NCBI GenBank assembly: GCA_964016885.1
Contig: OZ024741.1
Span: forward strand, 336,040,001-336,104,000
Source: Eledone cirrhosa
Taxonomy: Eukaryota
DNA length: 64,000 nt
Direction of reading: 5' to 3'
Under the pieces are notes generated by a model. That model saw nothing but the letters and a program-made list of their open reading frames with translations. It ran no database searches and was not told where the DNA came from. The position numbers and the translations under genes are program-made. Position 1 is the stretch's first letter. Every line of letters starts with the position of its first letter. This document shows positions 51,991-64,000 of this stretch, one piece after another.

Positions 51991-53319
51991 TATATATATA
52001 TATATCTAAACATTATTTGTCTCTAATAATGAGAAGATAAAATATAAAGTAAATTATCAACTCAGAGGAGTAATTAAACATATTAAACTTAAGCCAAAAT
52101 CTTGATTGGAGGTGGGATATGAGCTAGACAAAGTAAAATAAGTCAGTTTTACTCATTTAGTGTCCCCAACCATGGTTCTGGAATTGAGAAACAATATCAA
52201 TTATTCCAACAAATTCTGGTAGAATTTATTCTGACATCAAGGGAAGTTCTTTGAAACTAGAGAAAATATTGAATAGATAGTATACAGACCAGTTGTTGTT
52301 GTTGGTGGTGGTGGTGGTTTAGCTGATTGAGCAAATCTGTTATTAAAGGTATTCCAGCCATGGCTATCACATCTCTATATATATCAATGACTACTTTGTG
52401 TAATGGATTCTTTATTTAAGGTGATAGGGTGGGATTTGAAGGGGATTTGGCAGCCATCACAAGCAGCTTGAATCACCATGTTGGGCTTGCCTTGATGATG
52501 CTTATTACATTTATCTATACTTGTGTACACATTCATACATAAACACAGGCACACACAGCCATATATGTGTGAACACGCATATATATATATATATGTGTAT
52601 ATATATATATATGCAATATATATGTATATAAATATATATATATATGCATGTGTTTATATGTATGTGTGTGTGTATATATATATCATCATTATCATTGTTT
52701 TGATGTCCATTTTCCCATTCATGCATATATATGTCTGAGCATTTGTTAATCTGTCTGTATTTATGTCTGTATGTCTATGTATATATATATATATATATAT
52801 ACACACACATATATAAATGAAGTTCTATCAATATGATTGTGAAGTGAACTCCTTAACCATACAGCAATGTCTGTGCCTGGTAGTTCAACATTTTTCACCC
52901 CACTCTCACTATAATCTTATATATATTTGTTGACAATATATTACAAGAAGAACAAGATACAGCAAAACAAATTTTATATCTTTTTTTTCTTTAAGAATAT
53001 CTTTGTATAAGTTTTAAAACAAAAATACAACTTATTAAGTTTATTTTTGTTTGTTTTATACCTCTTTTATTAATCTTTTATTTGTATCAGTTTTGTGTTG
53101 TTTATATCGAAGATGAAAGGTGAATGATGTTAAAATATGAAGAGTTGACACACATCTGATGATTCTGAAAATTTGACATTCCAAGATGTTCTTTTAGTTT
53201 AGTTTTTTTTTTTGGTTTGACATCACCAATTATCTTGTTATGCTACTGAGTTTTGACATTAGAGAAAATGTTACAATATCAGCCATCTACTAATACTACT
53301 ACTATCATTGCTGCTGCTG

Positions 53320-53382
<63 letters not shown>

Positions 53383-56300
53383 TTACTACTACTACTACTA
53401 CTACTACTACTATTGTTGTTGGGGTTATTATTGTTATTATTATTATTTTCCTCATTCAAATCCCGCCAAGGTTAACTTTGCCTTTCATCCTTACGGGGTC
53501 GATAAAATAAAGTACCAGTAATGTACTGGATAATTGCTGGCCTTGTGCCTAAAGTAGAAACAATTATTATTTTCCTCATTGTTGTTATTATTATCAATAT
53601 TATTGTTGTTGTTAATTCTTATGAGATGGCAGAACACATTATTATGTCTGAGTTCAAATCCCACCGAGGTTAACTTTGCCTTTCATCCTTACGGGGGTTG
53701 ATAAAATAAAGTACCAGTAATACACTGGGAAAATTGCTGGCCTTGTGCCTAAAGTAGAAACAATTATTATGTATTGAGATCTATGTATTGGTGTCAGTTG
53801 TAGACTTCATAATAGAAAATAACTACTGATGTTAGTTTGATCTTTAGAGACAGTTACCTTTTTTCCAAGTGTGTCATCTATCTATTTGTATTAATAAGTG
53901 CTACATATTTTTTGTTACATCAGCAGATATCTGTAGAACTTAGCTTTTTTTTAGTGAAGTTGTTTGATAATATTTCAGGTTTGGAGAATATTGGCCAGTC
54001 TTCAGTTTTTTTGACACCAACCTACTCAAAACAAAACCACCCATTGTAAAGAGTTCCTATTTAGTTCAAAATCTTTCAGAAACATTTATTTAATTTAATT
54101 AGTCTGAATTGACAAGATCCCAGTCCTCATTCGCTCATTGATAGAACTTGTCAAATTGGACCAATTCTTCATTAATTTATTCACATTACAGAGTATTTCA
54201 TTAAAAATATGGTCACTTAAAGATTACAAAACGAATTTACACACCAAGAAAGCAACTACTGCTAAATATTAGGAAAGCACTTACTGTTAGGAATTTCATA
54301 TACATTAAGGACTCGGGCAACTTGCAAAAACTTGAGATTCTTTCACATATTAGTTATTTTGGGACTAATCCCTTCTAAACTCAGCTCTGGTTCTATGAAA
54401 CAAAACCACCCAGTTTAAAGGGTTCCTATTTTTAATCAAAACCTTCCAACTTAATTTGATATAAGAATAATATCTTAAGCCATTTTCTTAGAAATGAAAT
54501 AAATATTAATTTCAGTAAATCCCTCTAAATTCTTCATTAATTAATTCAAATATATTTCATTAGAAACATGATAATGAATTGGTTAACTAACATATCTAGA
54601 GCCTACAATAATGGAAATATAAACCAAAATTCTGATTGTATTGTTTTACTCTTTATTATTCATATGCCTTTTTCAGGGTCTCTAAGACTGGTGGGAAGGA
54701 GATGTCTTTAACCTAGAGACCTAATCTGAATACTTACATCAGAGTGGACTCTGCTAAAAGTGCCCAAAAAACCAGGTAGTAGTGTTAAACTATATGATAG
54801 ATTAAGTCTAGCACCCAAGTAGGCCACATCATAATTTGAACTCAGAATGCAAAAAAAACAGAACAATACCACAAGGCATTTCATCTGACATGCTAATCCA
54901 CTACCCTGATCTGGTACTTTATTGGGGTTTTTTTCAACTCCTAAAGGATATGAATTCTACAGGATATGAATTCAGTGCTCAGAGAGACAAAACAAATATT
55001 GTAAGTCCTTATACTCTTAATGACTCTGCCAATTCCCAGATCCCCAGTATTTATTTTGATAGTTGATATATATATACAAAATATTTCTTTGTCCATTTAA
55101 ATACTTACTTATTTTTTAACCTTATGAACTTCACTTATTAAATCTTATTAATCTGTTACCTAATAAAACATTCATGTGAGTTCTTAACCCAAGAGACTTT
55201 ATATGAGTAGAAGTCTGTATTATAGTTTTTACCATGTATTTTGTGGTTTTGTCTGCTAGGTTAAATACTTCATTAATGTAGCAGATGTATTGAGAGGAAC
55301 ACTTTCAAATAAACAACAACTACTTTTATTGAATATCAAACTAGATTGAAAGTAATGCACCATTGAGTAACATCTACAATTGGAATTATTGCTGTTATTA
55401 TGTTTAAAATTGACAACTATCTGCTTTTATTGAAGTTTAAACATTAAAACTAATGCTATTGAAAAGGTTTAACAATAATGTATATTAAACCTTGTTTTGT
55501 TTGTTTTTTAAAAACTTTCTCCTGTTATTGAGTTTATCACGAAAGTATATTAATGGGTGTTAGTGAACAGCACAAAGCTATATGAACATTTATTTGAAAA
55601 TTTTTCCTATTAAACTACCTCAATTATCTTTGTCAACATTTCACATTAGAGATATTTCACCTTTTATTCATAAATGTATTCTAAATACATATTTCATAAT
55701 TCCACAACACATATAAAATCATTACTAAAATGCCATAATAGGAAAAATTCCTCAGATTACTACTTTCAAATAATTCTGCTATTTGAGCTTACATTTTAAT
55801 TGAAATCAAATTCTTGTGCAATCATTCAAATTAAAAGAGAGTTTGTATTTGTGTTTTTTTTTACCTTTTCATTACTGTAGTTCTAATGAAAGATATTACT
55901 TATGGTTTTCAAATAATTTTGAAAATAATCAAGAATATAGAAGAGGTTTAGTAATATAACTGACATCCTCATTATTAAGCTGGTGTTTGGAACATAATTT
56001 AACCAAAGGACTTACATAAAATTAAGTTCAAAATCTGCTGCAGTTAACTTCGTTACTTAATAAAATTAAGTACTACCAGTTAACTACTGGGGTTGATTCT
56101 TCTTCTATATTTGTTTCTCACTTCATCTCTATTACTCTTTCCCTCCATCTCTGGAAGAAAATCGATTATGTTCAGACCTGGAAAAGAGATGGGCTCTGCT
56201 TGGTTTAAAAATGTCCAAGACATACTGTAAATCACTCCCACATCTCTCCTGACACCTACAGAAATCACAGGTCCAAATACACACACACATTGAATGTAAC

Positions 56301-56399
56301 CTGAAATGGACCTCAATGATCATCACCATTGGTGTCATATAATATCCCCCCCCTCTCTCCTATATTCCTCATCTCTTTTATTATCATCTTACTTCTCCT

Positions 56400-57030
56400 T
56401 CACATCACCATCATTATTTATATCATCATCATCATTTGAAACATCAATAGCAACATCATCATCAGAAACAACAACAACAGCACCAACAATAATAACAACA
56501 ACAGCAACAATGGCAACATCACCACCTACAACATACAACATCACACCAACAGCATACACCACCACCACCAACACAGCATACAACACCACCACCAACACAG
56601 CATACAACACCACCACCAACACAGCATACAACACCACCAATAATGACAACACCAACAATAACAAAACAATAACACCACCATCAACACACACACAACATGA
56701 CCAACAACAACAACACCATCAATAACAGCAATATCAACAGTAGTGCCAGCAACAACAAAAGCAACACCACCACGACCAACAACAACAGCAATACCACCAC
56801 CACCAACACCACCACGACCAACAACAACAGCAATACCACCACCACCAACACCACAATCATCAACAACACCACCAATATAGCAACATCAACAACAACACCA
56901 GCAACATCAACACCGCCAACAAAAGCTACAACAATACTCAACGCCAACAACGCACAACTTCAATAACAACACCAAAAACAACAACAACAGACAACACCAT
57001 CATCAACTCAGCAACATCAACAGCAGCATG
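56400..57030. repeat. CAA/CAC low-complexity tract with 21-bp and 36-bp subrepeats
   Basis: acagcatacaacaccaccacc occurs ~4 times within a poly(caa/cac) background. Confidence 0.9.
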
Positions 57031-57599
57031 TGTTTGCATACATTAAAGTCTAGTTTATTGGTTGAAATTATTTCAATGTTTACTTTGTCGAAGGAAATAT
57101 ATTTATTTCAATATTTTCCTCTCCTCCTCTCATTCATCATCTACATAAATCAATGTAAACATGATCAAGGCAACGATATGCATTACTAGATAGTTAGTTG
57201 CCCCTCTGCAACATCTGTTATGGATGCAGCTATTTCTGCTGGAGGCGAAGCTTTTGAAGTTGTAAAACATCTTTAGAGTAGACAGTAACACACACTCATC
57301 TGGCATCAGTCCCACAAAAGCTATCAGTGGTGAAGCAAAAGGCCATCATTGACTAAAGTACTCAGTACTGACTCTTAAATACTTGGCAAAGACCATGGAC
57401 CACCATGGAGTGTCTTTGGCAATATCTGGCACAGCTTTACGCTTAACAGCAAAGAAAAGAAAAGAAGAGAACAGGAAAACAAAAACAAACATGGAAAACA
57501 AACAAACAGACGTAAAATAAAGGAAATTTTCCTCGAGAAAGGAAAAGAAGAAGAAAAATGTTGTGTGTTTAGCTGACATTCTCAAGAAAACGTTGAGAA

Positions 57600-57664
<65 letters not shown>

Positions 57665-60644
57665 GGTAGATATGGTCTGTAGCAATGGAATTATTATAAG
57701 AATGAGAAAGATAAGATGTATTTTCTGAAGCTATGTAAGATGGAAGCATAAGTAGAACAAAGGTTGTCAAGGACAGTGAGTAGGACTCTGATCAAGTGAC
57801 AGTATGATATATATTGTGTGTATATGCTACACACACACATATATATCTATATATGTATATATGTGTGTGCATATATGTGATATAATCATCATCATTGTTT
57901 AATATCTGCTTTCTCTGTTAACAAGAGTACATATGTATATATATTCTCTCTCTCTCCCTTTCTCTCTATCTCACTCTCTCTCTCTTTCTCTCTATATATA
58001 TTCTTGAGCATGAACTATGAAAAGATCTATAGATCTATAAAACAGAGGTTTAACTATAAGGAATTTTGAATAAATCTACATATTATATATATGTGTATAC
58101 ATATATATATACATGTGTGTGCAAGTGTATACATAGTTTTTTGGTGTTGTTTAGCCACAGGTCAGCCCTGATTGAAAAGACAAATTGCAAGCAAAGTTTT
58201 CCTTCCACAACCACCTCAGCTTTTCTTTTTGCTGTTATCATTTAGTGCTATCTTGGATCAATAAAATAAAGTACCAGTAATGCACTGGGGTCGATTCAAT
58301 CGACTTTCCTCTCCCCACAATTATTTTTACTTATAGTAGTAATAGTACGGTAGTGGATTGGCAGTATTGGTAGAGCAGCGGAAAATATGCTTTGCAGCAT
58401 ATAGCTACGTTGTAGTGCTCCTGAGCACTGTACACAATAATTTAATTATTATTATTATTCTGAGATAAAATCCTGCCATGGTTAGCTTTGCTTTTCATTC
58501 TTTCAGGTCGATAAAATAAAGTACCAGTAATGCACTGGGTTGACTTAATCGACTTTCCCCTCCCCCAAAATTGTTGGCCTTGTGCCTAAATCAGAAACCA
58601 TTCATTAGTGCTTTCGTAGATAGTAATTTGAGGTAAATTTTTGCATCTATTTCTGGCACAACAAGTGACTGTCTAGTGGCATTCCCTGGTTGTCTCATGC
58701 ACACACAAGGGTTTCACTTGAATCTATCTGTTGGAAGTTTATGAAACCTGTTATTTTCTCAGCTTAATATAATTACAAATCTGATATTGAATGTAAGCTA
58801 ACTTGATATTTACTATTTTGCTATAAACTTTGTCTATCTGAGATATACTTAACAGATAAATATTTGACATGTAAATATTTTCGATGTTTGATTCAGAGCA
58901 GATGTAGAGAAGAAGAGCAACAATTCCTCCTAACCATAAACGTGACTAAGTGTATAGTTTATGGTTTTTGCTCAATTTCTTATATCTAAATAACTTAACC
59001 ATTCATGTTTTTGTCCTCTGAGATATACAAATAAATGAGTAGTTGTAGGTGTGTGGGGTTTGCTAAACCAGCTAAAAGGGCAAATGTGATTCCGTTATCT
59101 ATTTAGGGTAGTTGACATTATAGAATCTGAATGGAGCTAGATTTGTCTCAATCTTAAGAAAAATATGTTTACCTTGTCACAGAGTTTCACACAATTGTAA
59201 ATATGTTTCAGAGCTGTATTTGATTTGAGGCAGTTTGTTGAAACTGAAGCAGTTACATTGTGAGAGAAAAGTTTCTTTAACCATTAAAACAAAGAAAAGC
59301 ACATTTGAAAACTCCATTCACTTCCATAGTATCAAAGTTTCTGTCATATTCTTTGCATTTCTTTTTGCTGATGGTTAAAACGACTCTTCCATGAAACCAT
59401 TATCATATCCAATTTTCCATACTGGAATGGGCTGGACATGACATATATGAAGCAGCTATTCTATAGCAAGACATGCTTCCTGATGTCATGTAATTGATGC
59501 AACTCATGCTAGATGGAAAGGGGACATGCCATGATGATGGTAGTGGTGGTAGTAGTGATAGTGGGTCAACAATTGTGTCAAAATCCTTGCCCATCAGTTC
59601 TTCCTGTCTTTTTTTACCTTATCTCCTTTCTCCTGCTCCATTATCAAAATATTAGGGGAAAATCAATTATGTAAAAAGACATTAACAGGGCTTCCTCATT
59701 ATCATCATTGTCATCAATATCATAATCATCACCATCCTCTTCATCATCATCAGTGTTTAATGTCTAATTTCCATGCTTGCATCATAGACGAGTTAGCTCC
59801 TTCTGAGGCTGGAGAAGTCAGATGGCAATTTCTTGCTCATAGGTTCTATATTTAGCTTGGTTTCTATGACTGGATTTCTTTTCCAATGTCAACCACTTTG
59901 CAGTACTAGGAGCACTTTTGGTGACACTAGCATTACCACCTTACAGAGTGGAATGGGTGCTTTTTATTTTGGCACCAACTCCCCCTCTCTCCCCTCTCTC
60001 CCCCCTCTCACCTCCTCTCCCCCTCTCTCTCTCTATATATATATACATATAGATATCTATAGACTCTTTCCATATGTATATGAAATAAAGATCCCATGAC
60101 TCCTTGTGAAGTCTTAGAGGCACCATCATACGGCATGTCTAGGGCACTTTTAAACCTTGTGGAGCCTAACCTTCTCCAGGTTTGAACACAGCCAATTATT
60201 TCTATAGAGGAAGAATTGATTCCCAGTACTGGACTGGTACATTTTTTATCGACCTTGAAAGGATGCAAGGCAAAGTTGACCCCGGCGGGATTTGAGCTCA
60301 GAGCATGCAATGAGCTGGGACGAATACCGTAAAGTATTCTATCCAATGTTTTAACAACTCTGCCAATTCACCTATATATATATATCAAAAGTATATATTG
60401 AGTTAAAAAATCACAATAGTCCCCTATAATTAAAATAGCTCAAGGGAAAACATTTTTCCGAGCCTTATAATACAGTAAGGAGAGACGAACACAGATATAT
60501 ATGTGATATATAATTTTTGTCCCTTGTGATTTGAACACATATAGTTATATATCTGTGTTCATCTCTCATTAATGTATATATATATATATATGTGTGTGAG
60601 TATATATTATTCTAAACTATATATATAGAGAGACATCCCCACCC

Positions 60645-60691
<47 letters not shown>

Positions 60692-60697
<6 letters not shown>

Positions 60698-60840
60698 GAA
60701 AATGACAAATAGAGATACAAAAACAATTAGTGTTATTAGGTTCATGCTTTGGATGAAAGAGAGAAAAGAAGTTCAACATATTGGACTTTAGTCCTTCGTC
60801 AGAAGAGTACAAGAAGATAGATTAGGAAATATAAAATAAA
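60692..60840 (-). mobile_element. Decayed member of the 12200/30253 hammerhead repeat family
   Basis: tctt-CTGACGA-A-GGAC taaa GTCC-(GAAAC lost). The flanks ttattaggttcatgctt and agatagatt are shared with the other copies. Confidence 0.65.
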
Positions 60841-61156
60841 AAGGACATGTGAGAGTGTGTGTGTTTATTGCTAATGATCTAAAATACTTACAATATGAAG
60901 GTGATGCCCCAACATGGCCATCACTCTTGTGACGAAAACAATACAAAGAACATATATATTCATTATAAGCCTATTCATTTCTTTCAGTTCAAATTCTATG
61001 AAATCTATGAAAAAGGGCTGTAATTTCAAAAGCCTAATTTTTGTTTTGACAGACATTAGTCTCCATCATTGATTTATATGTATATATATTTGTGTGTGTG
61101 TGTGTATTTATATATGTGTGTGTATAAATATATATATATATGTATTTATGTATATA

Positions 61157-61197
<41 letters not shown>

Positions 61198-61709
61198 GTA
61201 TGTATATATGTATGTGTATATATGTGTGTGTATGTATGTATGCACACACACATATATATGTATATATCATCGTCATTTAACATTCACTTTTCCTGCTAGA
61301 GATCCATACAATAAGTACCAGACCAGACTTGAGAACTAAGTCCTAGGGTTCATATGATCTCACTAAATCAAGCCAGAATGAAACCAATGAAAATAAAATA
61401 AAAGAATCTCTAACATATTTTTCATTAGGTATCCATGATTCAATGTCAACATCTTTTAAACTGTCCTTAGATTCTTCCAATCATTGTCCTTCTCATCCAC
61501 CCCCTCTCACATACCCCCGCATCCCCTCCCATCTTTTATGAAGAAGTGTTGATAACTTTCATTTCTGGGACCACCACACTACCAGGAAATACTTCAACCC
61601 TAATCAGTTGGTGAATTTATACAAAGCATAAGTACAACTCCCCCCACCACCACTTAAAGTGTGGAACAGCTGCTTAGTACAAACACTTTAGATTGCAACA
61701 GCCAACCAA

Positions 61710-61745
<36 letters not shown>

Positions 61746-61837
61746 GATTAAATATTTATATATGTATGTATATATATATGTGTATGTATATACACACATA
61801 TATATATAAACACACACATATATACACACATATATAT

Positions 61838-61901
<64 letters not shown>

Positions 61902-62560
61902 CACCCTACAGTCTCTCTCTTTCAAACAGTCAACCATCCCCCATTGATTACCAAACCTTCACTGAACAAACACACAGCAGTTACTACTTCACTGATCTGC
62001 TCTCTCTCTCTCTGTCCATCTGTCTGTCTGTCTCTCCCTCTCTCCCTCCCACCTCTCTCTGGCATTTCATCCTTACAAGGTCAATAAAATAAAGTACCAG
62101 TAATGCTCTGGTGTCAATTTTATAATTGACTGCCCCTCCTCCTCCTCCTCATCATCATCATCATCATCATCTTCATCATCATGAGCATCATCATCATCAA
62201 GAACAGCTTCATCAGCCATCAGATTTTATAGATATAATGAAATGGACAAGTATAGGAATATTCTGCAGAGAACCTTTATATGGGAAAATTGTTCTGTTTG
62301 ATAAAACTGACAGTAGAACGTTGAATACTCATAAATGTTAAGCAAAGACTGAAAGATTTTTGTCAATGGAAACATAAATGTTGGTTAAGGTTGAAAGATA
62401 TTTCTTAGAAATATATTATAACTATCAAAAATTTCTTATTTTTAAATATCACTTTTCTAAATTTACTTTTGAGTTACTTTAACAATGTACTTTATGCACA
62501 CACATGCATACACACACACACACATATATATATATAGATAGATACACACACACACATACA

Positions 62561-63110
62561 TTGTAAACGTGGTTGGTGTTAGGAAGGGTATCCAGCCGTA
62601 GAAAACCCGCCAGACAGTCCTATGCGAGCAAGACAACCACTCTTGCCTCAAGTGGGAAAACTCCTGTCCAAACCCATGCAAGCGCGGAAGATGGACGTTA
62701 AACGATGATGATGATGATGATGATGATATATATATAGATGATGATGATGGTGATGACATATATCATTGTTTAATTTACATTTAACCCATATGAGTATATA
62801 CATACACATATCTATATGCACATACATATATAAATATACACATACATGCATACATACACACACACACACACACATATATACATATAAGGTGGTCATGTAG
62901 GGGGACATAGTAAAAAGACTCTCAGTCCACACTGTAAATGTGGTTGGTGTTAGGAAGGGCATCCTGCTGTAAAAAAACCTGCCAGAGACACTACTGTACA
63001 AGTGAGACATGGTCTCCCAACCATTACCGCATCAATTGGAACAAACCCGTCTAACCCATGCTAGCATGGAAGATGGACATTAAATGATGATGATGATGAT
63101 GATGATGATA
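62561..63110 (+). mobile_element. Two RTE 3' UTR fragments (62561-62725 and 62890-63110)
   Basis: The tggttggtgttaggaagggcatcc module, terminal stem-loop and (ATG)n tails. Confidence 0.85.
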
Positions 63111-63184
63111 TCATCAAATTGGACCATGGAAACAATGTTTCCATTGGTCTTTCCAATTGCTAATACTATCTATCGGTCGCAACT

Positions 63185-63308
63185 CCAGGTAGAAGGAGCA
63201 AGGTGAAATAAAGTGTCTTGCTCAAGGACATAACGCCTCGCCTGGTTCAGGAACCAAACTCACAACCTCACCATTGTGAATCCAAATCTCTTACCACTCA
63301 GCCACGCA
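63185..63308 (-). mobile_element. CORE-like tRNA SINE 5' part
   Basis: gaaataaagtgtcttgctcaaggaca ... accactcagccacgc. Confidence 0.7.
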
Positions 63309-63366
63309 CTTTCACACTATATACATATATGTTATATTATTTATCTATATTTATATTATATATCCA

Positions 63367-63560
63367 GGGCGGTGGATTGGCAGTATTGGGAGAGGGTCGG
63401 ATGCCATGCTTTGACGTATAGAGTTACGGCCCTTGCCATTCTGAGTTCAAATCCCGCCGAGGTTAACTTTGCCTTTCATCCTTACGGGGGCAATAAAATA
63501 AAGTACCAGTAATGCACTGGGTAATTTGCTGGCCTTGTGCCTAACGTAAAAACAATTATT
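63367..63560 (+). mobile_element. Full-length Meta/MESC-like tRNA SINE
   Basis: gggcggtggattggcag head, B-box gagttcaaatccc, central ctttgcctttcatccttacgggg...aagtaccag, and tail ggccttgtgcc...acaattatt. Confidence 0.85.
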
Positions 63561-64000
63561 TATCTATATTAATACAAAGGTACTACCCAAGGTTCTGAGG
63601 CCCAAATTTGACCATACCTCCAGAATACAAGAGGCATCAAATTAGTGACCTTTCTTCAGGAGAGGATTGATGAGGTTTAAAATGCCCAATACATGCTGTA
63701 TGTCACAAAGGTGATCCTTATGACTCCATCAGGAGTTTTGGGTCCATACATACATATATACATGCTTGAGTGTGTGTGTGTGTGTATGTCCATGTCTGTG
63801 TTTATGTTTATGTCTCATAACTTAGCAGTTTGATCAAATAGGTTGATAAAGTTAACACCAGTCTTGTGTTCTTGAGCAAGACACTTTATGCTCCAGCGCA
63901 CTCAGCTGAGAGTGAAAACCAACAGTACCTGAGGAGTTAATCCTGAGAAAGACTGTCATCTTGTCCAGGGGAAGAGTTTTGTATTTTCAATCACTTAACG

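Noticed and set aside
54677-54776. Downstream Pcdh coding exon (good acceptor and possible donor)
   Set aside because: Phase 0 gives GL* immediately and the other frames stop early. It cannot be supported without RNA data.
60470-60576. Fold-back as another paired-hammerhead element
   Set aside because: The ~30-bp inverted arms are real, but no core motif is recognisable, so it is not counted.

Overview
AT-rich, microsatellite-dense animal genomic DNA. The protocadherin type and the repeat families point to a coleoid cephalopod, probably an octopus; this is inference. The only clear host gene is a 6-EC protocadherin large exon (+, ~45.3-47.8 kb). It has a candidate 5' non-coding exon at ~36.1-36.46 kb. 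A candidate terminal coding exon of an upstream paralog lies at 20.04-20.32 kb, suggesting a tandem Pcdh array. The rest is transposon-derived: PHD-finger-containing RTE LINEs, L1/Tx1, CR1 and R4/Dong remnants, a Penelope GIY-YIG remnant, tRNA-derived SINEs, and Tc1/mariner, hAT and piggyBac-like MITEs. The most striking unannotated signal is about 15-20 hammerhead-ribozyme-like motifs, found by eye, in (TA)n-bounded islands. At least seven are sequence-unrelated fold-back elements whose two arms each carry a hammerhead-like core in opposite polarity, some only vestigial. Others have ~70-100-nt stem-II insertions or U3-A8 core covariation. A pseudoknotted multi-hairpin RNA-like segment lies at 50.76-50.95 kb (-). 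Most short ORFs in the supplied track are microsatellite or antisense artefacts.
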